Shown: positions 28,578-37,756, counted from the first letter of the stretch. The stretch: 62,266 nt of DNA from Minisyncoccota bacterium (GCA_041651415.1 JBAZJH010000004.1:1-62266), one strand, 5' to 3'. The notes: a model not told the origin generated them from the letters alone. Numbers and translations are program-made.

Positions 28578-29561
28578 TTAGCAATTGTTAATCGCACATA
28601 CAATATCTTCCAGGTTTTTTTTACTCAAATATTGATGACAAGGGACAGCGAGGCATTTCTTATAAAGAGGATTAAACAGATTACGATTAATATCAAAATG
28701 AAGAATTTCAACATCGAAGTTTTTTCGAGATAGATCGTTTTTCATCTTAGAAAGCTTTTTTTCGGGAGCAAAAATAGGAAGAGCAAGAGGATTGGGATCT
28801 ATATTTGGATCGTGGTCGGGTATAAGAAATTCCGGAAGAATATTTTTTTTGAGGAAATTATAGTTTTCTTTTCTTTTTTTTAAGTCCGATTGCAAGGATT
28901 CCAGTGAAGGTGGAAAAAGATTTAAAGATTTTTGAGGAGTGGAATAAAAGGTGTGGTATTGGCTATAACATATTTCAGTGGCGGTTGAGGAAGGATGCCC
29001 TCGATAAGCTCTCAGAGCTTTACGGGCACACCAGTCGCTAAAGACTTTTTTTAGAAAATTTTCTTTTTGGTGAAATGGTTTTAAGTTTTGGCCAGAAACT
29101 TTTAAAAATCCTCCCATACCGGTGGGAAATATTTTTGAAAAACTAAAAATGGAAAAATTTCCAAAACTGCCTATATTTTTTCCTTTATACTTCGAATCAA
29201 AGGAATGGGCGCAATCTTCTATTATTAAAAGTTGTCTTTTTTTTGATTCAAGAATAACGGAATCCATATCTTGGGGATAGCCCCATTGATGGAGTATGAG
29301 GACAGCTTTTGTTTTTAAATCGGGAGTTTTGACTGGAAAAGAAGTTTGGTTGAGAATGGAGAGGACGCACTGACTTAGGAAATCGGGAATGAGGATGTGA
29401 TCGCAGCGTGATAGTTTGGATAGCTTCAGAGCTTCTAAAAGAGCGAATCTTCCTGAGCTGAAAATGCTTAGGGGGGAATTAAAAAAATATTCTAAAGTTT
29501 TTTTGACGTTAGATTTTTGAGGTCGGATTTTTTTGTTATAAGGGTAGATGGTTATAGGCAT
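28578..29561 (-). CDS. DegT/DnrJ/EryC1/StrS family PLP aminotransferase (short)
   Basis: SSGRFAL, IIEDCAHS, FSFSKIFP (PLP Lys), VPCHQYL motifs. Confidence 0.75.
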   Translation of the reverse strand: MPITIYPYNKKIRPQKSNVKKTLEYFFNSPLSIFSSGRFALLEALKLSKLSRCDHILIPDFLSQCVLSILNQTSFPVKTPDLKTKAVLILHQWGYPQDMDSVILESKKRQLLIIEDCAHSFDSKYKGKNIGSFGNFSIFSFSKIFPTGMGGFLKVSGQNLKPFHQKENFLKKVFSDWCARKALRAYRGHPSSTATEICYSQYHTFYSTPQKSLNLFPPSLESLQSDLKKRKENYNFLKKNILPEFLIPDHDPNIDPNPLALPIFAPEKKLSKMKNDLSRKNFDVEILHFDINRNLFNPLYKKCLAVPCHQYLSKKNLEDIVCAINNC

Positions 29562-30283
29562 TTTTCGATAATAAGATCTTCTCGTGAATCGGAAAAAGGA
29601 AGGCTAGATGATTGTTTTAAAAAAGAAAAACGGCGGATTTCGGGAGTATTTTTTAAAATTGATTCCAGAAGAGGTTTGGTTATAACAAGAGAAGAAGGAG
29701 CGGTGTTGATTTTATAGAAGCGATAAAAGAAATTAGTAGTTTCTTTTTTAATATAGTATTGAATGTTTTTTATAAAATTAATAATAGGACGGGATTGGCG
29801 GTGTTTTAAATTTGCTTCATATTTGTCTCTCAAAGGAATATCACCAATCAATATTCTTCCTCCAGGAGAAGTGGTTCGGATTAGTTCGAAAAAGAGTTTT
29901 TCAAGAGAGTTATAATTATCCAAATAATGGATAACGCTGTAACAGATAACAGCAGAAAATTGATTGTTAGGAAAATCTAATTTTTTATTGAGATCAACAA
30001 TTTTAAAGTCGGTCGGACAGAAAAATTTTTTTTGTCGGGCTATAAATAAAGCAGATGGAGCATTATCAGAAAGGGTAATTGATGAGCAAGGAAAAATATA
30101 TTGGGTGATGTCGCCAGTGCCGGAACCAACATCAAGAATTTTGTCTTCTTTTTTAAGATTTAGCTTAAGCGATATTTCTCGGGCAATTTTTTTAAATAAA
30201 AAAAGATGGAAAGAAAACATTCTTCCAGAGCGAAGGAAAGAAGGAGTTTTAGAAAGCTGGTTAAAGGAGTCGATGAATGACAT
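29552..30283 (-). CDS. Class I SAM-dependent methyltransferase
   Basis: ILDVGSGTG, YSVIHY, GGRILIGDIP motifs. Confidence 0.8.
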   Translation of the reverse strand: MSFIDSFNQLSKTPSFLRSGRMFSFHLFLFKKIAREISLKLNLKKEDKILDVGSGTGDITQYIFPCSSITLSDNAPSALFIARQKKFFCPTDFKIVDLNKKLDFPNNQFSAVICYSVIHYLDNYNSLEKLFFELIRTTSPGGRILIGDIPLRDKYEANLKHRQSRPIINFIKNIQYYIKKETTNFFYRFYKINTAPSSLVITKPLLESILKNTPEIRRFSFLKQSSSLPFSDSREDLIIEKCL

Positions 30284-31432
30284 TTATTTACTGAAAAAAT
30301 TTTTTATGGAAGAAATTGTTTTTTTTATTTGTTTTGAGGTTAATCCAGGATAGAGAGGAATGGTAATGGCGGTTTTGGCATAGAGATCAGCGATGGGGAG
30401 ATTTATGTTTTTAAAACCGTTTTCTTGATAATAAGGATGGGAATAAACAGGCGGATAATGAAAATTGATGCCAATGCCGGATTGTTTTAAATATTCATAA
30501 AGAGGAAGACGATCCTCCGGATTTTTTGTTCTGATGACAAAGAGATGCCAACTGGAGCGAATACTTTGGTCTTTAGCAGGAAGGATTATTTCCGGAAAAT
30601 TCTCGAGTTCTTTAAAATAAAAATCAGCAAGTTCTTGGCGTTTTTTTATAAAATTTTCAAGTTTTTTGAGCTGGCTTAAGCCGAGAGCGGAATTAATATC
30701 TGACAAGCGATAATTAAAACCGAGATTAGTCATAACATTAAAACCTTGTTCATTTTTTCTAATACCATGGCTTCTTAAGAGTTTTAATTTTTCATAAAGT
30801 TCTTGATTATCGGTGGCAATAGCGCCGCCTTCGCCGGTAGTAATAGATTTTACCGGATGAAAACTAAAAATAGTCATAGAGCTTTTTCCGCTACCTATGG
30901 GCTGGTTTTTGTAAAAAGCGCCAAGAGCATGAGCGGCATCTTCAATAACAGCAAGGTTGTGGCGGGAAGCAATATCCCAAATTTTTTCCATAGCGCAGGG
31001 ATGGCCGGCAAAATGAACGGGAACAATAGCTTTAGTTTTTTCAGTAATGAGAGATTCTATTTTTGATTCATCGATATTTGAGGTGTCTTCTCTAATATCA
31101 CAAAAAACTGGTTTTGCGCTGAGAACAAGAAGCATATTAGCGGTAGCGGCAAAAGTGTTTGGAGTGGTGATAACTTCATCGCCTTCTTTTAGTCCGGAAG
31201 CAAGATAAGCCAAGTGAAGAGCAGCGGTACCGGAGGAAACAGCAACAGCATAACGAGAACCGACGATTTTTGCTAAAGCTTTTTCAAAGGCCGGACCGAT
31301 CGGGCCTTGAGTAAGCCAATCAGACCGAAGAGTTTTAATAACGGAAAAAATGTCTTTCCAACTCAGATATTGTCGGCCGTAAGGGATTATATTTTTTGGA
31401 TTATTTCCTGAAGTTTTTCGTTGGTTAGCCAT
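30284..31432 (-). CDS. pseC: UDP-4-amino-4,6-dideoxy-N-acetyl-beta-L-altrosamine transaminase
   Basis: IPYGRQ, SDWLTQGP, SSGTAALH, EDAAHALG, FSFHPVKSITTGEGG, GFNYRLSD motifs; adjacent to pseB. Confidence 0.88.
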   Translation of the reverse strand: MANQRKTSGNNPKNIIPYGRQYLSWKDIFSVIKTLRSDWLTQGPIGPAFEKALAKIVGSRYAVAVSSGTAALHLAYLASGLKEGDEVITTPNTFAATANMLLVLSAKPVFCDIREDTSNIDESKIESLITEKTKAIVPVHFAGHPCAMEKIWDIASRHNLAVIEDAAHALGAFYKNQPIGSGKSSMTIFSFHPVKSITTGEGGAIATDNQELYEKLKLLRSHGIRKNEQGFNVMTNLGFNYRLSDINSALGLSQLKKLENFIKKRQELADFYFKELENFPEIILPAKDQSIRSSWHLFVIRTKNPEDRLPLYEYLKQSGIGINFHYPPVYSHPYYQENGFKNINLPIADLYAKTAITIPLYPGLTSKQIKKTISSIKNFFSK

Positions 31433-32376
31433 TCTGTGTTGGTATTGCTCGCAAAACGAAAAGAAGGATTGAGTTTTGACCCGATGGTTTCATATTTGGA
31501 AAAGACAGGGCTTTGAGCAAGTCCTGATTCAGGAATGACAACATAATATTTTTCTGTTTCATAACCGTGCTTGGATTCTTCTTCAGTGAGAAGAGTTTCA
31601 TGCAGTTTCTCTCCTGGCCTAATGCCAGTCACTTCCTGTTTTGCTGCCGGGGCGATTATTTTAAAGAGATCAGAGATTTTCATGCTGGGAATTTTAGGGA
31701 CAAATATTTCTCCTCCTTCCATATTCTTCAGCGCAAAAAGAACCAAGTTAAAACTTTGCCTTAAAGTTATCCAAAATCTAGTCATGTCAGGATGAGTTAT
31801 CTCAACTTTATCAACTTTTTTGTTTAAAAATTTTTCAACAACGCTGCCGCGGCTGCCGATAACATTGCCATAACGGACGGCGCTGAATTTAGTTTTTTGA
31901 GAGGGAGAATAAGAATTGCTGTTTATAAAAAGTTTTTCAGCGCAAAGTTTGGTAGCGCCGTAAAGATTAACCGGCTGAGCAGCTTTATCAGTAGAGATGA
32001 GCAAAACTTTTTCTATATTTTGATTAAGAGCGGCTTCAACAATATTTTGAGAACCGATAACGTTAGTTTTAATGGCTTCTTGAGGATTGTATTCAATAGC
32101 AGGAACTTGTTTTAGAGCAGCGGCATGGACAACAATATCCACTTTTTGAAAAGCTCTTTCTAAGCGTCCCAAGTCTCGAACATCACCGATAAAAAAGCGA
32201 AGACGATCTTCAAATTGGCGCAGTTCTTGCGCCATATGAAATTGCTTATATTCGTCACGGCTAAAGATTATTATTTTTTGAGCAAGAGAATTTTCCAGGA
32301 GAAATCGAGTGAAGCTTTTGCCGAAAGATCCAGTGCCGCCGGTAATGAGGATGGTTTTGTCTTTTAAAAATTCCAT
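31387..32376 (-). CDS. pseB: UDP-N-acetylglucosamine 4,6-dehydratase (inverting)
   Basis: LITGGTGSFG, FSRDEYKQ, AALKQVPAIEYNP, STDKA, LYGATK, RYGNVIGSRGSV, MTRFWI, GIRPGEKLHE motifs. Confidence 0.92.
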   Translation of the reverse strand: MEFLKDKTILITGGTGSFGKSFTRFLLENSLAQKIIIFSRDEYKQFHMAQELRQFEDRLRFFIGDVRDLGRLERAFQKVDIVVHAAALKQVPAIEYNPQEAIKTNVIGSQNIVEAALNQNIEKVLLISTDKAAQPVNLYGATKLCAEKLFINSNSYSPSQKTKFSAVRYGNVIGSRGSVVEKFLNKKVDKVEITHPDMTRFWITLRQSFNLVLFALKNMEGGEIFVPKIPSMKISDLFKIIAPAAKQEVTGIRPGEKLHETLLTEEESKHGYETEKYYVVIPESGLAQSPVFSKYETIGSKLNPSFRFASNTNTEWLTNEKLQEIIQKI

Positions 32377-32499
32377 AATGAATATAGTACAGGAATAGTA
32401 TAATATTTATTGCGGATTGGCAATAATTTGACTATTTTTCTATTTTTAATTATTATAGAAGAAGAATTTCGAAAATTTTAGAAAGGAAGGAAAAGAAAA

Positions 32500-33561
32500 A
32501 TGCTGATTTTGGCGGTGATGAACGATATAGGAAGTTGTAAAACGATTTTTCCAGTAGGATTATACTTGCGGAAAATAGGTCACAAAGTTAAATTTCTCGC
32601 GAGTGGAAATTCTTTAGGAATTTTATCAGAAGAGGATGAGAAGAAAATAAAAAAAGGAGATGTAAAAGCGGTGGTGACTGGAATGTCTACTGACCCATTT
32701 GAATATTCAGTAGCATCAACTTGGAGGGATAAATGTCCAATAATCGCAATTCCTGACCAGTGGTCAACGCCGTTTTTTTCTGGCGGTTGGAAAAATAGAG
32801 AATGTTATCCGGATGTTGTATGTGTAAATGATGAGATTGGGAGAGGAGCGGTGAGATCTTGGGGATTTAACGGTTTTATAGTTGAAACTGGCTGGCCGGC
32901 GCTTGATGTTTATGCGGATAGAGAAAAATGGAAAGCGAAAAATCAAGAGATGCGAGAAAAATTATATTTAGCTTTAAAGCTTTCTTTAAAAACTAAACTA
33001 ATCTTTTTTATCGGCCAGGGATCAAGAGAAAATGCGGAAGCATTGCAAGAACTTCTTGAAACAACTGCAAAAATTGGATTATCAGTTAAAGTGATAGCGA
33101 TGGAACATCCAAATATGAGACGACATGAACCGGAGGGGACAAAGTTTTGGGATAGGGTAGTTGGTGTTGAAGAAGAAAAAGGCCAGAGTTTGCTTTTAAA
33201 ATCTTCCGGATTTTCTTCTTTAGAGGTATTAATGGCGGCTGACGTAGTAGTATCTGATTTTTCTTCTATGTTGACTGAGGCGGCGATTTTAGGAAAATCG
33301 GTAATTTCTGTGTTTTATCCCAGTAAACGAATCTGTGAGATTTTCAAAAAGTGGGATTGGGCGCAAAATACATTTCCATTAGAAGCTCTGGGTTGTTGTT
33401 TTAAAGCAGAGAATCGCGACCAACTCCAAGAATTTTTGGAGCGAGCTTTAATTTCTGGATTTGAATTTTCGGAGCGTGCAAAAAAAGTTTTTCGGTTGGA
33501 TGGGAAGAATTCAGCAAGAGTAGCAAAGATTGTTGAAAATCTTGCCGAGTGTCATCTCTAA
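32500..33561 (+). CDS. Uncharacterised GT-B-fold-like protein (TagF/glycerophosphotransferase-like C-terminus)
   Basis: ETGWPALD and MEHP...ADVVVSDFSSMLTEAAILGK segments; divergent from pseB. Confidence 0.45.
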   Translation: MLILAVMNDIGSCKTIFPVGLYLRKIGHKVKFLASGNSLGILSEEDEKKIKKGDVKAVVTGMSTDPFEYSVASTWRDKCPIIAIPDQWSTPFFSGGWKNRECYPDVVCVNDEIGRGAVRSWGFNGFIVETGWPALDVYADREKWKAKNQEMREKLYLALKLSLKTKLIFFIGQGSRENAEALQELLETTAKIGLSVKVIAMEHPNMRRHEPEGTKFWDRVVGVEEEKGQSLLLKSSGFSSLEVLMAADVVVSDFSSMLTEAAILGKSVISVFYPSKRICEIFKKWDWAQNTFPLEALGCCFKAENRDQLQEFLERALISGFEFSERAKKVFRLDGKNSARVAKIVENLAECHL

Positions 33562-33568
33562 TGTATCG

Positions 33569-33598
33569 TTGCCTATCTTTATGAGATAGGCAATTTTA
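33569..33598 (+). terminator. Intrinsic terminator
   Basis: TTGCCTATCT-TTATG-AGATAGGCAA 10-bp stem plus T run, 8 nt after the stop codon. Confidence 0.65.
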
Positions 33599-33678
33599 TT
33601 AGTCAGGCTTGAATAGTAATAAGAGTCATAATAATATGCTTAAGAGGAAGAATAATTTTTGTTTAAATGTTTATATAA

Positions 33679-34266
33679 ATGTTTATATTTAAAAAGATTG
33701 TAAATAAAATCAGAAATTTATTTTCTGAGAAGCCGAGAATCAAATTGCTGAAACTCATGCCTAAAAATTCGGTTTGCGCCGAAATTGGAGTTTGGAAAGG
33801 AGATTATTCAAAGAAGATGATAGATATTGTAAAGCCGAAAGAGCTGCATTTAATAGATCCTTGGCATTTTTTTAATGATGAAAAATATAAAGATTCAATA
33901 TATGGAGGAAAAGAAGCGAAATCAGAAAAAGATATGGAAAATATTTATAATGATGTTTTAAAGAGATTTTCAGAAAATAAGGAGGTAATAATAAAAAGAA
34001 ACACATTTGAAGAAATATTAAATGATTATCCGGATGGATATTTTGATTGGGTTTATATTGATGGGGACCACTCTTACGAAGCGGCAAAAAAAGATTTGCG
34101 CAATTCCGAAAAGAAAGTGAAAGAAGGAGGGTTTATCACTGGAGACGATTATCGGGAGGGAGGATGGTGGAAAGGCGGAGTAAAGAAGGCGGTTAATGAA
34201 TTTATAAAAGAACATCCTAATAAAAAAATAAGAATAATCGGAGATCAGTTTATAATAAAAAAGTAA
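33679..34266 (+). CDS. Class I SAM-dependent methyltransferase (Methyltransf_24-like)
   Basis: AEIGVWKG, LIDPW, DWVYIDGDHSYE, ITGDDY motifs. Confidence 0.85.
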   Translation: MFIFKKIVNKIRNLFSEKPRIKLLKLMPKNSVCAEIGVWKGDYSKKMIDIVKPKELHLIDPWHFFNDEKYKDSIYGGKEAKSEKDMENIYNDVLKRFSENKEVIIKRNTFEEILNDYPDGYFDWVYIDGDHSYEAAKKDLRNSEKKVKEGGFITGDDYREGGWWKGGVKKAVNEFIKEHPNKKIRIIGDQFIIKK

Positions 34267-34286
34267 AAACTATTTAAGCTTAACTA

Positions 34287-34895
34287 ATGAGCAGTTTATT
34301 TAAAGTAAATAAAAAAAAAGTTCTTTTTATCCATCTTCCCAGGACTGGCGGAACAAGCATGTGCAGAAGCTTAAAGCTACCTGTTTTAGGCCATCAACCT
34401 ATAACTAAATTTAAACCAAAACCTTTTCCTTTTTCTCTCTTTTGCAAAAAGCCTTTCTCTTTCGCTTTTGTAAGAAACCCATGGGATAGAGTAGTTTCAA
34501 TTTTTTTTCTTTTAAATGGAAAATGGACCAATAAAAAGAATGAGGCAGATCGAAAAACTTATGTAGAAAAATATAACGGGAATTTTGATAATTTTATTTT
34601 AGAATCTTTTAACGGCGACAAGCCTTTAATATTCAATCAGCAACATTTTAAACCGCAATATTTATATGTCTGTGATGAAAAAGGAGATATTGCCGTTGAT
34701 TTTATCGGCAAATATGAAAATATTCAGGAAGATTTTGATAAAATATGTTCTAAAATAGGGCTAGGCAAAATAGAACTTATCCGTGAAAATGTTAGCGTGC
34801 ACAAGAATTATCGAGAATACTATAATGAAAAAACAAAAGAAATTATCAGAAGAGCCTATCAAAAAGACATTGAATTATTCGGTTATGAATTTTAA
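34287..34895 (+). CDS. Sulfotransferase family 2 protein
   Basis: FIHLPRTGGTS (5'-phosphosulfate-binding loop) and FVRNPWDRVVS (3'-phosphate-binding), plus DFIGKYE and YQKDIELFGY. Confidence 0.88.
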   Translation: MSSLFKVNKKKVLFIHLPRTGGTSMCRSLKLPVLGHQPITKFKPKPFPFSLFCKKPFSFAFVRNPWDRVVSIFFLLNGKWTNKKNEADRKTYVEKYNGNFDNFILESFNGDKPLIFNQQHFKPQYLYVCDEKGDIAVDFIGKYENIQEDFDKICSKIGLGKIELIRENVSVHKNYREYYNEKTKEIIRRAYQKDIELFGYEF

Positions 34896-34930
34896 TTTTC
34901 AGAGAAAAAACTTTTTTGTATAAAATAATT

Positions 34931-37714
34931 TTAAAGAAGTTTTTTGGATTTTAAAAAGACGATAATTTTTTCAAGACTTTCTTTTATATCCGAAGAATCT
35001 GTTTTTATTTCCAAATCCGGATTTTTAGGAGATTCATAGGGATTGGATTCGGCTAAACCGATAAAGTTGTCTATCTCTCCTTTTAGAGCTTTTTGATACA
35101 ATCCTTTAACATCTCTTTTAATACAAGTTTCAAGGGAACTGTTGACAAAAAATTCAATGAACTTATCACTGATGATATTTTTTATTTTCTCTCGGTCTTC
35201 TAAATAGGGGGCAATAACAGGGATTAAAACAAAATCATAAGTTTGCCTTTTTTCTTTAGCAAGCTTGGCTATCAGAAAATTATTTTTTCTGATATCTTCG
35301 CGAGAAAACCCCAAGTGTTTATTTTGCGTATTTCTGACAGAATCTCCATCTATAATAAAGACGGATTTATCTTGAGTTTCTAAAACTTCTTTTAGTTTTT
35401 CCGCCAAAGTGGTTTTCCCTGATCCAGAAAGCCCGGTGAACCAAATAACAGACCCTGTTTTATCCGATTTTTCTTCAATAAATACTTCCTCTTTATTTTT
35501 TATAGCGTCTGTAATTATTTGAGATATTTCCGGGCGCATAAACCAATTGGGAAGAGACTCTCCTTTTTTTAAAATTTTTCTGGCTTCTGTTCCACTGATA
35601 TGCAGTTTTTCTCCTTCAGTGTGGTTATAAATGTCTTCCGATTCGTGAATATACTGATTTAACTTTTTAGAATAAAATACTTGGTCGAAGAAAATCGGTT
35701 TTATACCAAGGTCTGGAAATTGGCTGAAAATTTCATGAGAGGCTTTGGAGTGATAAAAATTTCCAACACCGGTATGGTCCCGACCGACAATAAAATGGCT
35801 GCAGCCGAAATTTTTTCGGCAAAGAGCGGTAAAAATAGCTTCTCTCGGACCGGCATAACGAGAGAAAGTGGAAAAAGTAGAAAAAACAACTTTGTTTTTC
35901 GGGTAGAAAAGATTATTCATTATTTTATAGCCTTCAATAATAAATTTAGCGTGAAAGTCTCCTGGCTTTTTTTTACCGATAATCGGATGAATAAAAAGCC
36001 CGTGGCACCCTTCTTTTTCCAAAGCTTTAAGCTGAATAAATTCGTGACTTTTATGAATGACGTTTCTGGTGTGAAAACCGATAATTTTAGTCCAATCTTT
36101 TTCTTCAAATAGCCTTCTTGTTTGTCTTGGGGTGAGTTCATATTCTTTTGTTTCCGAATCTCTTGTTTTAATAAGATTTATTTTCCCGCCTATAATAATG
36201 GGTTTGATGTTTTTTGCCCATTTTACTCCCGGATGTTCTGGATTTTCTGTCCCATATAATTTTCTTATAAAATTTTCTTTGTCCAACCTGAATATATCTT
36301 TAACGTTCAAGAGAGCAACTATTTCTTGGTGCTTATTAGTAAGGGCGATTTCTTGGCCTAGAAAGATATTTTTGGATTGTTCTTCGGAGATATCTAAAAT
36401 AATAGGAATTGTCCAAATTAGGCCGTTTTTAAGGCGCATATTATCAAGAACACAATCTAAATCATCTTTTTTCATAAAACCTTCCAAAGGACTGAAAGCT
36501 CCTATAGCAATCTGTTCGACATCCATCTCTTGATTTTCATCTAATTCTATTTTAAAGAGAGAATTCAAATAGTTTTGACGCGGGGGATTTTCCATTATGC
36601 GATTAACCAGCTTTCCTCCATGAGGGGGAACAAGAGAAGAGTTGTTTTTAAAAAAATAATTTAAATTTTTTAAAAGAGAAGATAGTTCTTGATTGGCTTT
36701 TTCAAATAGATTTGAATTATTTACCAGTTCGGCTTCATTGATTAATTTATTCATTACGGTTAAACATTCTATGGGGTGTTTACCGATGGCCGTTTCAGCT
36801 GCCAAAATCAAACCTTCCGCTCCATCCAAAATGGTATTAATTACGTCGTTAGCCTCGGCTCTAGTCGGCTTTTTTTCTTTAATCATTGTTTCTAAGAGAT
36901 TAGTGGCGATAAAAACCCCTTTATTTTTTTCCTTAGCTTTGCTGATGATTATTTTTTGAGTAAGAGGAATTTTTTCTATGGAAATTTCTTTACTTAGATC
37001 TCCTCTGTCAATAAGCAGATAGTCTGATTTAGAGATTATTTCGTCCAGATTTTCCAAAGCTTCAAAGCATTCTATTTTGGAAATGATTCTCATTGAGTTT
37101 TTTGTGGCGCGCCTTACCTCATCTATGTCGGAACCTTTGCGGACAAAAGAAACGGCGATGTGCCCGATTTTTTCTTTCAGCCCCAATTCAATGGATTGAT
37201 AGTCTTTTTCCGATAAGGGGGGAAGAAAAAATTTTTTAGGGAAAACAGGGTCGATAATGACGGCTTTATTTTTTCCCAGAGAGCCGCTAGTAATAACTTT
37301 GGCGGTTATGAATCCTTCTTTCCTTGTTGAAACGTCGGAAATTTTTAGAATAAGAGTATTAAAATCTATGTAAACAAGATCTCCTTTTTCCAATTGATTG
37401 ATGATGTGACCAGGTTTCAAATTTATTTTTTCTTCATTGCCGAGAGTTTCTTCTTTGTAAATTTTTACGGTGTCGTTTTCATTTAAAATTACTGAATCTT
37501 TATAAAGATTGCCGGTTCTTACTTGCGATCCTTCAGTGTCAATGATAAAAGGAAGACCTACTTTTTTAGAGAGATCAATAAAATATTTCAAGTCATTCAA
37601 AGAAGAGTGAGACATATTGACTCTAATAAAACTAACTCCAGCCTCTTTAATCTTTATTAAATGAGATTCGGTGTTAGTTGCTGGTCCGACGGTGACGATT
37701 ATTTTTGTATTCAT
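34931..37714 (-). CDS. pyk-sat-cysC: Triple fusion: pyruvate kinase (A+B domains) - ATP sulfurylase - adenylylsulfate kinase
   Basis: PK: TKIIVTVGPA, RVNMSH, ISKIE, RGDL, ATNLLETM, PTRAE, ETAIGKHP. Sat: PHGGKL, FSPLEGFM, TRNVIHKSH, YAGPREA, HFIVGRDH. CysC: WFTGLSGSGKTT, DGD.VR, RDVKGLY, PYESP. One continuous frame. Confidence 0.92.
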   Translation of the reverse strand: MNTKIIVTVGPATNTESHLIKIKEAGVSFIRVNMSHSSLNDLKYFIDLSKKVGLPFIIDTEGSQVRTGNLYKDSVILNENDTVKIYKEETLGNEEKINLKPGHIINQLEKGDLVYIDFNTLILKISDVSTRKEGFITAKVITSGSLGKNKAVIIDPVFPKKFFLPPLSEKDYQSIELGLKEKIGHIAVSFVRKGSDIDEVRRATKNSMRIISKIECFEALENLDEIISKSDYLLIDRGDLSKEISIEKIPLTQKIIISKAKEKNKGVFIATNLLETMIKEKKPTRAEANDVINTILDGAEGLILAAETAIGKHPIECLTVMNKLINEAELVNNSNLFEKANQELSSLLKNLNYFFKNNSSLVPPHGGKLVNRIMENPPRQNYLNSLFKIELDENQEMDVEQIAIGAFSPLEGFMKKDDLDCVLDNMRLKNGLIWTIPIILDISEEQSKNIFLGQEIALTNKHQEIVALLNVKDIFRLDKENFIRKLYGTENPEHPGVKWAKNIKPIIIGGKINLIKTRDSETKEYELTPRQTRRLFEEKDWTKIIGFHTRNVIHKSHEFIQLKALEKEGCHGLFIHPIIGKKKPGDFHAKFIIEGYKIMNNLFYPKNKVVFSTFSTFSRYAGPREAIFTALCRKNFGCSHFIVGRDHTGVGNFYHSKASHEIFSQFPDLGIKPIFFDQVFYSKKLNQYIHESEDIYNHTEGEKLHISGTEARKILKKGESLPNWFMRPEISQIITDAIKNKEEVFIEEKSDKTGSVIWFTGLSGSGKTTLAEKLKEVLETQDKSVFIIDGDSVRNTQNKHLGFSREDIRKNNFLIAKLAKEKRQTYDFVLIPVIAPYLEDREKIKNIISDKFIEFFVNSSLETCIKRDVKGLYQKALKGEIDNFIGLAESNPYESPKNPDLEIKTDSSDIKESLEKIIVFLKSKKLL

Positions 37715-37756
37715 TAAAAGTATGAAATAAAGAAAAAAATTTTAAATTAAAATCTT

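Noticed and set aside
34931-37714. Dissimilatory sulfur metabolism
   Set aside because: Sat is fused to APS kinase (PAPS direction) beside a sulfotransferase; no aprAB, qmo or dsr genes.
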